A DNA stretch of 64,000 bases from Podarcis melisellensis. Its lineage: Eukaryota. The notes below the pieces were generated by a model that saw nothing but the letters and a program-made list of their open reading frames with translations, searched no databases and was not told the DNA's origin. Location: the NCBI GenBank assembly GCA_964234715.1, contig OZ174285.1. One strand, written 5' to 3'. Numbering within the stretch: the stretch's first letter is position 1; each line of letters begins with the position of its first letter. The position numbers and the translations under genes are program-made. Shown here in pieces: positions 1-13,654 of the stretch.

Positions 1-150
1 TTTCTCTTCTGCCCCTGCTCTCCTGTCATCTCCTTGCTCTGCTGAAGTGCAGCTGGTGGGAGTTGTTTTCTTTCCACCAAATACCATGTGCTGGCAAGGA
101 GGAGTTTGAGACACTTACCCTCAGGTGAAACAACTCTGCTTTCTCTCTAG

Positions 151-250
151 ATAAATTCAATACGTATGTGACCCTGAAGGTGCAAAATGTGAAGAGCACC
201 ACTGTTGCCGTCCGAGGGGACCAGCCATGCTGGGAACAAGACTTCCTCTT
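151..250 (+). CDS. UNC13B: UNC13B (Munc13-2) coding exon, C2A domain: (D)[33 protein letters not shown]
   Basis: Acceptor ttctctctag| and donor |gtaagt. 100 nt, phase 1 to phase 2. Translation is the recognisable Munc13 C2A sequence. Confidence 0.97.
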
Positions 251-1599
251 GTAAGTGAATGCTGTGGGTCAAGACCACACCTGAAATGGGAGTGCTGTGT
301 TGCCAGGTGTTAATTCTGTCCCCCAACTAGCTGGGGGTAGTGAAGTTCCACCAACTGAGTTACGGGAAAGCGAGTATTTATTTTAAATTCCATACAGGGA
401 GGATAAGATGGGAGAAATTGGGAAATTAGGAACTTTAAAGATGTTTTTTATCTTGGGAAAGAGACAAGAGAGGAAACACCATATTGTTAGGTTAAATTGA
501 TAATTGATCACTGTATTGGAAAAGTAATGCTGGTGGTGGGGTTCCAAGCAAAAGATTGGATAGGATTGTATTTATGGTATATGGTGTCCCTTGTAAGTAT
601 TGTATTTCTTTTGAATGTTAATATTGTTGGTACTCTGAAGACTTTTACTTTCCTTTGAGATTTAAATGCATATTAAATTGTTGATATTAGTAATTTATAA
701 TTAAAAAAACCAAAAACACTGAAAACAGAAGCATTCGCCTTTCTCTGCCTGTTTGTTGGGAAGTTGCAAAGGTGTTGCTTGAAAACACATGTTGCTCTTT
801 GTAATACCTTGCCTGGGACTCTCCACATGGACATCATCCCCTTCCCAACAGCACATGCTCTTAGGGAGGTATCCAGTGAAACAGATCTGCTAGCGTAGGG
901 CATTTGGGCTGTGCAACAAAACTGCCCCTCCCTCCCTCGCCTCCCCCCCCCCACGCTGTAAATCTATTCTGGAGCAGATGGGTGTGTGTGTGTGGGGGGG
1001 TGTAGAGTGATGAGAGGTGGTAGAAGGTGCATTGAGCAAGCAGAAATTCTTGCAGCAGCGGATCTGCTTCTTTGGATGCAGTCCTTGGTCTACTTAAAGG
1101 GGTGGTGATTCCTTGCAAATGTGAAAGCTTAGGTACAAAATAAGGTGCAGGGATGATCACAGGGGGAGAAAGGGGTCTGTCAGGACTGTGAACTTGGGTT
1201 TTAAAAGAAGTGGAGCAATCTACTGTGGCTCAGGCTACCATGTAGTGGTGTCCTTTGTCAGAGGTAACTTTAAGTTGTGCCTTGAGATTTGGCTGGAGGA
1301 GCATCTTGCAGTCAAGCCCAGCAGGCTTTGACTTGTGGTCCTGAATAGACCTCTAGTGGCTGAAATGCATCTCTGCAGTTGTCTGTGCTGGTCATCCTCT
1401 TCCTGTCTGGGGGATCCCAGGAGATCCTCCTCTTGGTCTGGCTTGACCTGCAGCTGAAAGATGGTTGCAATTCAGATCAAAACAGGGACAAGGCAGTCAG
1501 TTGGGAAGCAATCAGAATGGACATTTTAAAAAAGGCGAAGGTGTGGGTCCAGTTTCCCCGCAGCTGCTTATGTGTTGTGTCTCTTTTCCTCCTTTGCAG

Positions 1600-1717
1600 C
1601 GAGATCAGCCGCCTGGATCTGGGCTTGATTGTGGAAGTATGGAACAAAGGGCTGATCTGGGACACAATGGTTGGGACAGTGTGGATCGAGCTGAAGGCCA
1701 TCCGGCAGTCGGATGAG
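1600..1717 (+). CDS. UNC13B: UNC13B coding exon, C2A domain: [39 protein letters not shown]
   Basis: Acceptor ctttgcag| and donor |gtcagt. 118 nt, phase 2 to phase 0, joins the previous exon (TT|C = Phe). Lies within ORF 1379..1882. Confidence 0.97.
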
Positions 1718-2863
1718 GTCAGTAGACCTTCAGAGCCGAGAGTAGACCTCTTCAGCTCCCCTGGGACTTCTGGGGTGTTTGGGGTGGCGGTGAAGAAATG
1801 GCGAAGAGCTTTCCTTGTGCCGTTTGGTTGCGTCTGTCTAGTATCCAGCATGATGTTGGATCACAGTTGCCATCATCCCTGAGTGGCTGGGCTGGGCTGA
1901 TGGGAGTTGGAGTCCGGCAACATGTGAAGTCTTTCTGGCCTCTCTCTCCTTCCTCATCTGTACTGCAGCAAAGGCTAGCATGGACTGCTCATGCGACCCA
2001 GCCAGGAGATGGAGATGTTGCATACTTCTTCCACACAGCATTGTTGCCAGACCCAGAAATTATGGAATCCTTTTCTAAAGCTCCCCTCACCCCTTGACTT
2101 CAGTCACAACTGATCCAGGCACAATGACCGTTTAAGGCATGCAAGGAAAAGTAATCTTACACCACACTCTGAACTGTCTTCTAAGGCTATAAGTAGAAAC
2201 GCTGCTGTTCATTTATTTTTTTAAAAAAAGAAAGGCCCGTGAATTGAAGCAGACCTCATGGTTCTTCTTCTCAGAGCCCATTTAGGCCAAGGGGGTTTCT
2301 GTTGACTGCAGAGGATGGTTTGTCTCAAGCTCTGAGTCTGCAGGTGAAAGCCGTTTTGTAATTCTGCCACAGCAAATGAGCAGGATTTTGTTCAGCGGCA
2401 CACGGCTTGTTCTCTACAGTGTACATATTTTGTTTTTAATAGATGATTTACTGCTTTGGGGGTATTTGGACTTCCAAAAAGCAGCAGTAAATAAATTGTA
2501 GCAGCAACAGCACTCCGGTGGTCTCTTTGACGTATTCTGTAGATGCTTGAATTCCTCCAAAAGTTCAGACCATTTCAATTGCCATATCAATTCCCTCTTG
2601 CAAGGGTCGGGGGACCTAGTCAGACGGTTTTGCAAATTGATTTGATGTATTTTTAAAGTTTTTAATTTTACATTTATTTTTTGTATGTGGCCACAGTTTT
2701 TTGTGATGTGTGTTTTATAAATTATCTAAATGCATGTTGTTGTGCCTTTCAGCACTTTGGGGCCTGCTGCATATGGGGCGATAAAATAACAGACGTGAGA
2801 AAAGTGGGAAGATGGATGGGGAGATGTTTCTGGTGAAGTTGCTGATGCCCTTTCTCTTTCCAG

Positions 2864-2987
2864 GAGGGCCCTGGGGAGTGGTCTACCCTGGAAGCCGAGG
2901 TCTTGATGAAGGGCCATGAGGTCTGTGGCACCAAAAACCCAACACCTCACCAGATTTTGTTGGATACAAGATTTGAGTTGCCTTTCG
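2864..2987 (+). CDS. UNC13B: UNC13B coding exon, end of C2A: [41 protein letters not shown]
   Basis: Acceptor tttctctttccag| and donor |gtgagt. 124 nt, phase 0 to phase 1. Munc13 sequence. Confidence 0.97.
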
Positions 2988-5720
2988 GTGAGTGCAAATG
3001 ACTTTCTGCCGTCCCCCATCATCCTCTGTGAAACTCAAAGACTCGTCTTCCCTCTTGCTGCCCTGATGTGGGTCCACCGTGAGGGTTTTTTCTTAGTGGT
3101 GGTTTCCTTCCAGGAGTTCGCTCCAATTAAATCAGGTTTACGGTGCTGTATATGGGAGGACAATTTTGGAGCCCTGAGGTTTTCTTGCAACACAGCATTT
3201 TCCATAAGTGGGGAAGGGGGGAGTGCTTATTTCACATTGCCTAGCAACCAGTAATCTTTATCCAGAGTCATCAGACTGCTGAATGCAACTAAGGAAACTT
3301 GAAGGTCCTTTAGTCCAGCCCCTATTATACAGTTTCTGAATTTCTTCGTAAAGTATTATTGGTAATTCTGAACGGAGAATTTTGCAAATAATGCAAGTAA
3401 CAGTAGTATCCTTTTTGAGGAGGGCCAGTCCACTCTCTTCCTATTTGGGGGTTTGTCTGTGTCTGTGGAGGGGGGATGGGGCCTTTCAGGCAAACTTTGA
3501 GAGGGAGAGAGGGCACAAATTTGGCTTGTGTTGCTTCTGGGGAGGAGTCCTCTCTGCGGCCATTGTAGCCCCCCCCCAAACCCACTTCTGGGCCCAAACT
3601 GCAGGCCAAGAAATGCACCCCCCAAAGCAGCTCGCTGAGGCTGCCACCTGGGATGTCTGTTTTACTGGACTATTTCTTTGTACAGTGTAATGGCTGTTGC
3701 CACACAGGCTTTAGCTGGCATAGTTTGGCTCAAAAATGATTCCTTTAGTGGGACATTCCTCGCCCTCTTAGCTGTTCAGAATGGTGCACAAGTTGTAAAT
3801 GGTCTGAGTTGTGTGCCTCCCCCTCCAGGAAAGGTTTCTGCTGTTGCAGGGGAGCCATATCTTCCAAGAACGTGCAATGATGCTTTTCAGATACTATTAT
3901 AATTTCATACTTGAAGAAATAGGAGAAGGCTACTCCTGCTTAAGGAGTTTGAGAACCTGTGAATGTCGTGGTGGGCTCTCCGGGACAAAAAGCAGGACCC
4001 TTTCCAGCCTCAGCATCCCAGGGCCATGTGCCTTCCGTGGTTCCTGGAAGTGCAGGAATGATGTGCTCTCAGGATAAAGATTGCATCAGTGTCGAAGGAG
4101 CTTTAGCGTTGTGGATCCCACCTTGGTCACTGTCCTTCATTTTAACTTTGAGTATGAGATCACTTCTCTCTCTGCAGCAATATCCCACCACTCCCCCCCC
4201 AGGGGGAGATATATTTAGAAATCTTGTGTTTCATTTCCCAGGTGAAAGCGCTCCTCTCCTATGTGATAAAATGGACTTGGAAGAAGCGGTATACCTGTGT
4301 GTTTGGTTCAGCATGTTTATATTCACGGAGCAAGCTTTGGGTTCAGATGGCTTAAAAAGCTCTCCCACAAGCCATTTCCAAAGTTGCTCAAGGCTTTCAT
4401 TGATGACAGAGAGAATATAATGACCTGGTGTGGAGCTGTTGCATGTTTGTGGTGGTGTTTGCGAAACGAATCGTCTTATCTCGGATAAGATGCCCAGAAG
4501 CATGCTATGAGAATGGCTCCCTGAAGCCAGGATGTGACAGGCTCTTGGCAGTCCCCTGCCGCTCTGCCTGGGACACGTCTGAGGACGAGGTTTCCATCCC
4601 TTTTTTGAAGCAGAGTTCTTGACTGTGTCGTTGGGCATGTCAGAAGCTAGCTCTGTTCTGGCTGGGGCTGGTGGGAGTTGTAGTCCGACGGATCTGGAGA
4701 CCTCCATGTTGGGGACGACTGAGTTAGAGGCGCTTTGGTTAATGGGGGCGGGGTGACGTTTCGGAGCTCTGCACAGTCCCAAACCTCCTTGGGGTACCTG
4801 CAGAGTGCAAGAGGTCTCTCCTGGCCCAGCACTCTGCTTCCAACTTAACCTGCCAGAGTTTTCTGGGAGATTTTCCAGGCACGCATGGTTCCATCACCTG
4901 CTTTTGAGGCACAGGCATGCTTCCCCTTGGGCCATGGATTTTGTGTTCTCCTCTTTTCAACTCCAGCCTCCCTGCCTTTCCTTTCCCCCCTTAATCAGAG
5001 TTCCAAACATTCTGGAATTGGGAAAGCCAGCAAGAGACTTAACTTTTATGTCACTGGATTTGTGATGTTTTCCGGGGTTTCCATTCAAGGAGACCTCTGG
5101 GCCACAGCTGTTTTTCTGCCGTGCCTCTGCAGTCGGTTGTGCTTTGCCGCCTCCTGTTTCTCAGTCTGATCTGAAAAGTGGGGAAAGTATGAAACATTAA
5201 TTGAACCTAATTAGCGCTTGTTGACACTGTGCCTGCTGTTGCTGCCGCCCTCATTGTTCTGACCCTCCTCTGCCTCCACCCTTGGCCAGGAAGTCATGCT
5301 CCTCCTTCCCCTTGGCTCTTGGCAGTGTGCACCTGCCTCACCTGCTGACACAGTTCCGTTTCTGTAATCTGACTGTGCAGCTCGCAAGGGTCTGTCCACC
5401 ATTCCTTCTCTTCTCAACGAGCCCAAGAAAGCCGTGTTGTTTTTACTGCTGTGTGTGTGGTTTTTGTTTCTATTCTGAATTGAACCAGCATCCCTGGTCA
5501 TGTGCTGTTCTGCGTAAGCATGCTCTGAATTTAAAAGTACATGCCTGGCCCTATGGATGTTCTGGGACGCCCGATGCTGTGGCATTGTTGAGGCTGGCAG
5601 CTGTGGAATTGGGTGGGAAGCTTCTGGGGCCCCCATGTCGGAGCAGAATATGCATATAATAAAATATATTTTGGGGAACGGGGATGGGAGCAGACGCCTG
5701 CTTATTCTGCTGTCTTGCAG

Positions 5721-5794
5721 ACATCCCTGAAGAGGAAGCCAAATACTGGACTCAGAAGTTAAAGCAGATAAACTCCTTGGAGGAAGATGAGGAG
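5721..5794 (+). CDS. UNC13B: UNC13B coding exon: DIPEEEAKYWTQKLKQINSLEEDEE (helix following C2A)
   Basis: Acceptor tcttgcag| and donor |gtgggt. 74 nt, phase 1 to phase 0. Confidence 0.95.
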
Positions 5795-6121
5795 GTGGGT
5801 ACGCTTTGCTCTGCTCTGCTCCATGCACACTCCTGCCTTGGGACCTCTTGCTGGAGTCTGACGAAATGCCCATAGGGGGCTTCTGGGGATCTGGAGGTGA
5901 GATGGTATACCCTGTATACCCGGCTCTGGATTGTACGATTCGCGATTTCAGCTGGGTGCCCATTGAACAGACATTCCTACAGGCAGGAGGAAGGCTAGTC
6001 TAGGACTGTTCTCCCCCATGCATAGCAGGTCAGGTGCAAGGGAGAATTGGCTGCCCTTTCTGGTGGGAGGTGAGAGCATTTGTTCATTTACAGGAGAGGA
6101 TATCGGACGTGGCAAGTGAGT

Positions 6122-6290
6122 GGCCTCAGTCCAGCATACCTGAAGGAGTGTCTCCACCCCCAGCCTGGACACTAAGGCCCATCTCCCGAGGGCCTTCTGG
6201 CGGTTCCCTCCTTGTGAGAAGGGAGGTTGCAGGGAACCAGGCAGAGGGCCTTCTCGGTGGTGGCACCTGCCCTGTGGAAACCCTCCCACC
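6122..6290 (+). mobile_element. L2-type LINE 3' ORF2 fragment
   Basis: Closely similar to 57687-57860 of the L2 copy in this window (ggccttctggcggttccctc...cagggaaccaggcagagggc...ccctgtggaa). Confidence 0.8.
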
Positions 6291-7210
6291 CTGCCAGCTG
6301 TGCAGGCTGACTTTCCATTGCACCATCGGATAATGCAAGACGAGCCACCACTTTTGAAAGCGACAGGCTAACTGAAGGCGTTCTTTGGTTCTCCAGTTAT
6401 TTATTAGAAATACAGGGGAAGAATGGGGGTGGGGAGGTAACCACGACCAAGACCCCAAGGGAAACTCTGTTTAGCAACCAAACAAAAGCCCACTGGATCC
6501 TGGGGCCGTGTTGGCTAAAAAGAAATCTCAAGGTGGTGCTTCATCTCTGCAGAGTGCATGCATGCAGGTGGGAGAGGTGGGGGCAGGATTTCTGCCTGTT
6601 GTACAGCTTTCCAGGCCACTGGTCTTCTATTGGTGGGTTGGGACCCATTGCCAAGAAGTGGCCTGATCTAAGGTGGGGCCCAGCAAATGCAGAAGGAAAT
6701 GGCTCCCCCGATGCACCTGTGGGTTTAAGGTTGGTCCCTGGGTCTGAGAAGGCGGAAGACCACTGTTCTAGCGCTACCCTGCACCCTCAATACTTCCTTG
6801 CATTTTTATTTAATTTAAACCATTTATGTTCTGCCTACCCAAAGCACAGGGCGGTTCACAGCAAAGATTAAAACAGTGTAAAAACTGTACAACAAAGTTT
6901 GGCACCACCAGAGTCCCAGTTCCTGCTCATTCATTTCTGTTTCTTATCCAGTCCTGTTCCAAATCTAGGCAGGGCTGCACAGGAGAAATCAAACTCAGAT
7001 TGTAAACACTTTGGGGGGGGAGTGTTTGGGGCTTTGTAGCAACCAAGGGGGACTCTGGAGCAGGTGGCGTGAAACAGGGCAAATGTTTCTTTGGGAGAGG
7101 GGAGTCTTTGATGTCATGGAAGAGGAGAAAAGTGCCCCTAAATGAGATAGCCCCTGTCTGCTGAAAATCGTTCTACTGCATTCCTCATCTCTCCTCATTT
7201 CCCCCCTTAG

Positions 7211-7268
7211 CATTCCTTTGCGGAAGAGGTCCAGAAGCAGCCGCTGCCCACTGCTGCCTCCCAGTGTT
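7211..7268 (+). CDS. UNC13B: UNC13B coding exon: HSFAEEVQKQPLPTAASQC
   Basis: Long pyrimidine tract with ttag| acceptor, donor |gtaagt. 58 nt, phase 0 to phase 1. PLPTAAxQC is the Munc13-2 linker motif. Confidence 0.93.
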
Positions 7269-9124
7269 GTAAGTGAGAAATGTTCAGTCGCTTCGTATTT
7301 CCGTCCTTCAGCAGGTTGTCGTGCTTTGCTTTCTTTCTGCAGTAGAACAAAGTGTGTTTGCTGAGCTGTCAGTACTTCAGAACCCTGGCAGTAAGGATCC
7401 CTGTGCCAGCCCTGTCTGTCTGGGTCTCTCTTGGTCCTTGCATTCAGACATGGTGTTCGCCTGTCCTTCGTTCTGTGGTTTGGAGAGTGCCATGTCTTTG
7501 GGTTCAAGGGGGCCTGTGGGGCCGAGGCAGAAGCCTCCCTTGCCAAGCCCTTTCTTGGCCTTGCAAGTCTGGTCAGGCTTGAAGCCTCTGCTGGCCACTG
7601 CAGGGCCCCCCTGTGTCGCATGGCAATGGGAGCCGAAGTGGGCTGCCTCCAAGAACGGCCGCTCTCTTGCTCAAAAAACGGGACCCCTTGGGCCAGGTGT
7701 CTTTCAGTGTGTGGACAAGACTGAGTTTTCTGGTGGAAATGGGAGCATAACATCCAAAATAAATAACCACCTTCTGCATGCAAAGCGGGAAGCGTTCTAG
7801 GGGCCTTGATTCTGCATCAGCAAAAGTGGCCGGGTTCATGCTTCTCTGTAGCCCAGCATGGAATAAACGATGGTTTGCCATGACTGAGAACCCATGCTCA
7901 GCCCTGCCTGCTTCACTCTGCCCCCAACTGGAGCGCAGAAGCGAGGCCGCCTGTCTTACCATTGATGTGTGAAGCAGCACTTGCGGGATATTTTCCTCCA
8001 AATCACAACTGTAAGCCAAGCTTTGCTTGCTGCTCATTTGAGATAAGCCGCCGTTTGTTTCTAGCTGTGGGTCACTGTCAGATGCTTCCATTGTCAAATC
8101 TGGAGCTCCAGGTGTCAACGACGGCTCCTTCTGTAGGCCAGGGTGCCCCTATTCCCAGCCCCTCCCCATGCCCTGGGGAGATGTGGGGCTGGGGGGATCT
8201 CAGCTGCAACTCCTGCCAAGAGCTGCAACTCCTGCCAAGTGGTGCTGATATTTGGATGCAGGGCGTAGGAAGGGGCGAGGGCAGTTTTGTTAAACGCTAG
8301 CAAAGAAAACGGAACAGATCCAGCTTTCTCTTGCTAAGTGGTGTGCCAATCTCCAAGGCTTTGCATATCTGAACTGCTCTCCTCCTTTGAAACCTGGTAA
8401 GACTTGGTATTCAGAGTATTACATGTTGCCGGTTGCTTATCCACTAGGCTGATTAGAGGCTCTCTTCAAGAAGGTTAACATTAGGAATTGTTAATTACCC
8501 TGTTGCTGGACAAGCAAATTAAATATCTAGTAGCTTAATTACTTTTCTAATATCACTGAGTGGCATTGTATAAACTCATTATTCAAGTATTTATTAAATT
8601 TTTATACCACTTAATAGGAATGAAAAATTCTAAGTTGTTTACATAGAAACTTTACAAAAGCAAGTATTTGTGTGGGGAGACCCCCCCCCCTTTAACTGAC
8701 TTGGATTGCACAGGATTTGGAGAAGGACATTGACTTAATTGCATATTAAAGCCCATGTGTGACTGAGCAGAAGAGACAAAGGGCTTGCAGTTCACTGCAT
8801 TAGTGCAACTGAGCTGCACAGCTCTAAGCCCTGCAGGGCTGGAGATCATCCTCACTAGGCCTAAGGATGGCAAGCGGGCACAGGACCAAGCTTCGCAGCT
8901 CATTACAAAGGCCCATCCAGTTGTGCGCCGGGCTCTCCGCCGCCGCCGCGAAAGGCCGGCATGATGGAACAGGGAGTCGGGGGAGATGCCTTGCCCTTCA
9001 GCTGTGGTTGACTGCAACTTCCATCATTCCTTGGCTGAGACTGATGGAGAAGCCCAGACTAAGAGGGGTGTATGTCTTTTAGTTGCTTTATATTAAAAGC
9101 CATGGTCACAAAATGTTCCCTATA

Positions 9125-9370
9125 CAGTCAGACCTCGGGTTGAAGTTGCTTCAGGTTGATCGCTTTCGGGTTGCACTCAGTGGCGACCCGGAAGTAACGG
9201 AATGTGTTACTTCCAGGTTTTGCCGCTTGCACATGCTCAAATGGTCAAAATGACGTCATGCGCATGCGCGGAAACGGCGAATCGTGACCCACGCAGACGC
9301 GGGCAGCGTTCGCTTCTGGATGCGAATGGGGCTCCGGAACGGATCCCATTTGTATCCAAAGCTACCACTG
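9125..9370. mobile_element. Tc1/mariner (Tigger-like) non-autonomous DNA transposon (MITE)
   Basis: Termini TA|cagt...actg|TA with imperfect inverted ends (cagtcagacctcggg ... ccaaagctaccactg). CpG-rich interior. Confidence 0.7.
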
Positions 9371-9419
9371 TATTTTTGAGCATGGGAACGCACCTCCTAA
9401 TGTCAGTAAATATCAAATT

Positions 9420-9768
9420 ATAGAATTATAGAGTTGGAAGGAACCCTGAGGGTCATCTAGTCAAAGCCCCTGCAATGCAGGAATCTCAAGTAGGTCATAC
9501 AAGCCCTTCCGTCACTTGGAAGATGGAGTAAGCTTGTTTTCTGCTGCCCTGGAGGGTAGGACTCGAACCCATGGCTTCAGGTTACTCTGACCGTAAGAGC
9601 TGCTAGAAGGGAGCCCCTCCAGAGGTGGTGTACTCTTCTTCCTTGGAGGTTTTTAAGCAGAAGTTAGATGCCCATTTGTCCTGGATGCTTTAGTTGAGAT
9701 TCCTGCATTGCAATGGGATAGACTGTATGACCTTTGGAAGTCCCTTCCAACGCCACGATTCTATGATT
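9420..9768. mobile_element. Two CR1 LINE 3' ends in inverted orientation (9420-9489 minus; ~9513-9768 plus)
   Basis: CR1 3' signature ccttggaggttttaagcag...cccttccaac...gattctatgatt on the plus strand, with its reverse complement at 9420-9489. Confidence 0.8.
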
Positions 9769-12700
9769 TTTCATTAGATATGATTAAATTGAATTCTTTT
9801 TCCCATTTTGGTTTTATCAAATGTCCGCCATTGTAATCTGCTTCTAGTAAAAAGTTAAATATTTTAAATAGCTGGCCTATTTGTTGCTTCGATGTTGGAA
9901 TTTTCTCAAATCGTTCAAATTTAATTTTTTTGAAAATGCACCACTCCGTGTGGGGGTCCTGCCAACGCTACAGTTCTATGGTTCTGTGATCTGGCACAAC
10001 CATTCCTTGAACTGTGAAGTCTTTGGACGTTGTCTGCTGCTTTTTCTCCAGGAGGAATCCTCAGGCTGAGGTCTTGAGGCCTCTCTTAGCACCCGGAAGA
10101 ATCTCCTCCCTAGCCAGTAGGAGCACATTGAGCAACTGCTCTGTCCACGCTGGCCGTTTGCAACATGATAAATGCATCGTGCAATGATAAGTGAAATGTC
10201 ATGCTTGTGCTTTCTCTAAATAAGCTTAGCAGAAGGCTTTGCGGGAGCAACAACAGGGGCAGGGCAGGAAGGAAGGGCAGCTCACTGCGGCTGCAGGAAA
10301 CGGGCAGGGCTGCTGCAGAGGAGCCGTGAGTGCCCAGGAAACTGACCTCACATGTCGCTTGGAAGGTCCGATGCTCTCTGAAGCGGCTAATGCGCAGGAT
10401 CTCTATTTTCGGTTTTGGAGCTGATTTTTTAAATAGCTGTTCAGTGGTAAAAAAAAAATATCCTGCTGTGTGAATAGTCTTAATCTTATATAAAAAGAAG
10501 AAGTTGGAAACATCTTGTTAGAAAATCGCTTCTGTTTGCCAGAGAGAGAAGAGGCCAACTGGCAGATTGCAAAGCAACTTCATGTTTTTTGCTCTAGGTT
10601 TAAAATACCTATTTTTGAAAGTTCTGTTGCTCACCGAAGCAGGTGCTGGCTTATGTGCAGAACGCTCCCAAGATCTTCCAGAGGGACTTGTGCATGTTGG
10701 GTTTCACCCTCAGAATTCAAGGGGCTTCCTCCCTCCTCGAATGGGAAAGGTGCAGGCAGCCACAGCCTCTGCTAACCCACAACCCAGGGTGCCCTCACCT
10801 GTTTGAGTGTACAGCACACATCTCAACATATTCTGTTCATGGACTGATCAGACCAGGAGCAATGGCAGCACATGTTTGAGGCCTTTATTATTATAATTAC
10901 TATATATTTATTTATACACCTCCTTTTTCTCTGACTCAAGGTGGCTTCCTGATAAAAATAAGAGCAGCTAAAATCATAGGGAAGAAAGCATTTAAAAACA
11001 ATGCCACACTGGTAAAATTAAAACTATATATATTGCTGCATGCCACCCCAATCTCCAAGCAGCGCCAGATTCCGGGGGTTCCAGGTGCTTCCCCAGGGTT
11101 TGGTTTCCTCCGAATGAGGGACAGCAGAGACTGTGGGGGGGAGTGTCTTTAGGATATATGGTTTATTTGCACATATGTTCAACTTGAGGCTACGATGATG
11201 GGGCTTGCAGCATTAGTAGAATCATAGAATTGTAGATCCAAGAGGGTCCAGCTTCTCCCGTAGACACAGACTTGGATTCCAGCAGAAATCAAGCATGTCT
11301 CTCTCTCCCAGGCTTCAGCCTCCAGCCTCTCCCAGCTTTGAGCTCACATGCACCTCAACTCTGGCTTTTGTCCTCCTAACTACCGGCGAGTTTGGGAGGG
11401 GCCCCCACGCATTTGTGCTCTGGCACAGAGCCACTTCCTTTGTTACCTTTATGATCCATACTTAGGGGATCCTTAACTGGAAGCTGGCCTGGCTACTTCA
11501 GTTGAATCCTTCCTGGATCCAGGAATCCAAAGGGACTCAGGCATACGCTCCCCCCATAACATTATATATAAAGCATATGGAAGCAGTCCTTTCCCCCAAA
11601 GCCTGTTGGAAGAAGAAAATCTACACTTGCTGGTGGAAGGAAAAGGAGGGAACCAGTTTAATGTCTCTAGGGAGGGAATTCCAAAGTCTTTGCAGATTTA
11701 CCCCAGTGGAGGAGCCTGAGAGGGATGTGGAAGGGCTAAGGAAAAACGGGGGGTCTTCCTCCCCCTGCCCCATGTCATTTCCTAGAGGTTCTTGCAAGTG
11801 ACCCTTCTTGAATCTAATGGGATGAACAGTTCTAGCAGCTTGAATCCCTCTGCAGCTCATATTGCTTTGTTAATTTGCTACTAGGCTTCTGTTTGCAGTG
11901 GCTCAGCCGATTTGCCTTTGCATCCAAGCTCACCATCCATGTGTCAGAGAACTGGCAAACTTCTGTTTGCTGGGTGAAAGGTTTTTTGTATCTCAAGAGT
12001 GTGCAGGCTCCCTGCACTAGTGGAAGTTGGTCCAAGGAACGGTCTTCAGGAGCACCATGAAGCACATGGCCTTTACTAAATTAAATATACATGTATACAC
12101 TTTGGACAGCGGTAACATGTGAGTGTTCTTGGTGCTTGCCTCAGGAAAAGCTGTTTACACAGGGGCTTGTCCATGATCTTCGGTTGCTCTGAGTTTGCCA
12201 ATGCACTGGCTGTCAGAACCGCTTAGCATTTTTGAAGGCTGGGATTTCCAATCCGTGCTTGTTTCTGGAGGTGTCAACTTCCATTATAATCTGCAGTGAG
12301 TCATCTTCCCACTCTTGCAGGCTTGTCTTCTCCACTCAGTTATTCACAACACAAAAATGGTGCAGAAAGATGCTCAGAGCCTCTGAACTTCGTTTCTGTG
12401 CTCCTGACTTTTGAGACTCCAGATAGTGGCTGCGTTGAAACTGCCTTTTGAAAACTGGGTGGCCAGTGGCATGGCATGGAGTTGCCACCATCTGTACCTG
12501 CTGTGGCCAGGAAGTGCTCTGATCCTTGTTCAACAGCACAGATGTAGCAGCTGGAAGACCACCTGGTGTGGAACATATCAGAATTTGACGGACGAAACCT
12601 CCTGCTTCTGACGTTAGGAAAATGTGATATCCCAGTATTGAAGGCCAATATTTAGACTGTGCTCAGCAAAGGATTTGTCATCTGCGGGAATGCATCTTTG

Positions 12701-13420
12701 CACAAACCGTGAATCTTCAGATTCCAACACAGAGAGCCAAAGACGCTGCCGCTGAGTGATTTTCCATGGTCCCAAATGGTGTAACTGTTTGGAGAAGAAT
12801 ATATAGAACAAATAAGTGCCACTCCCCCCACATCCGTGTGCCAAATGAAGTCTCTGTGGTTGGATAATTAAGTGGAGAGTCCAATATTTGTAGAGACAGA
12901 TGGCAGCTCCGTTCTTGTTATGAAAGACACAGCCATCTGGTTGCCATGGAGAAGGCTAACAATGCCTGCTGCACTCAGATACCGTTTGCCCGGGGGCTCC
13001 CATGGCAGCCAGGTGATGCCTTTCACTTCCAGGAGCACATCAATAGTTCAGGTGTCGCCCAACCCAGCCTTGGGAAGTCTGGGCTGGATGCAGTCCATCA
13101 CTGGAGAATCCTTGGCAGGTCCTCTCCCAGCCGCCTTTCGTCCAGGGAAAAAGGGTTTCTGAAGCAGCCCATTTTATTGCAGTGGGATAGATAGGCAATA
13201 TTGGCCACGGTGGTTTGTTTCTTGGCTGTTTCTTCAGTTCTTCCAGTGAGAGGTAGGAATTCTTCCACATCTGCAGACAGATGGTAGATTTCTTGTTACT
13301 TTGCTGCTCCTTATTAGATTTTTACCCCACCCTCCCTTCCAAAAGAGCCCAGGGAAGCAGACAACAAAAAAGGCAAAAATAATACAGATGTTTGGAAGTT
13401 TTTTAAATCATCAAGTATCC

Positions 13421-13621
13421 CCGTGGAACACCCTTCCATCAGATGTCAAGGAGATGAGTAGCTATGTAGCATGTAGGAAACACCTGAAGGCAGCCCTGTA
13501 TAGGGAAGCTTTCTAAGGTTTAATGTTTTATTATGTTTTTATATATGCTGGAATCCGCCCTGAGTGACTGGGGCAACCCATTCAGATAGGCAGGGTGCAA
13601 ATAATAATATTATCATTATTA
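13421..13621 (+). mobile_element. L2 LINE 3' end fragment
   Basis: Encodes WNTLPSDVKE...HLKAALYREAF*. The 3' UTR and (TAT)-type tail match the copy at 57840-58045. Confidence 0.8.
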
Positions 13622-13654
13622 GAACATCCTTCTTAAAAACATCAAATATTATAA

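Noticed and set aside
5489-5513. 25-nt segment between ccag| and |gtaagc in the intron before the 5721 exon
   Set aside because: It would shift frame, has no Munc13 similarity and has no compatible partner exon.
8202-8239. Perfect 19-bp tandem duplication agctgcaactcctgccaag
   Set aside because: An isolated local duplication with no sign of function.
11034-11541. Possible solo LTR (tg...ca ends, minus-strand AATAAA) nested in an L2-like fragment
   Set aside because: No matching target-site duplication, and the family could not be recognised from sequence alone.
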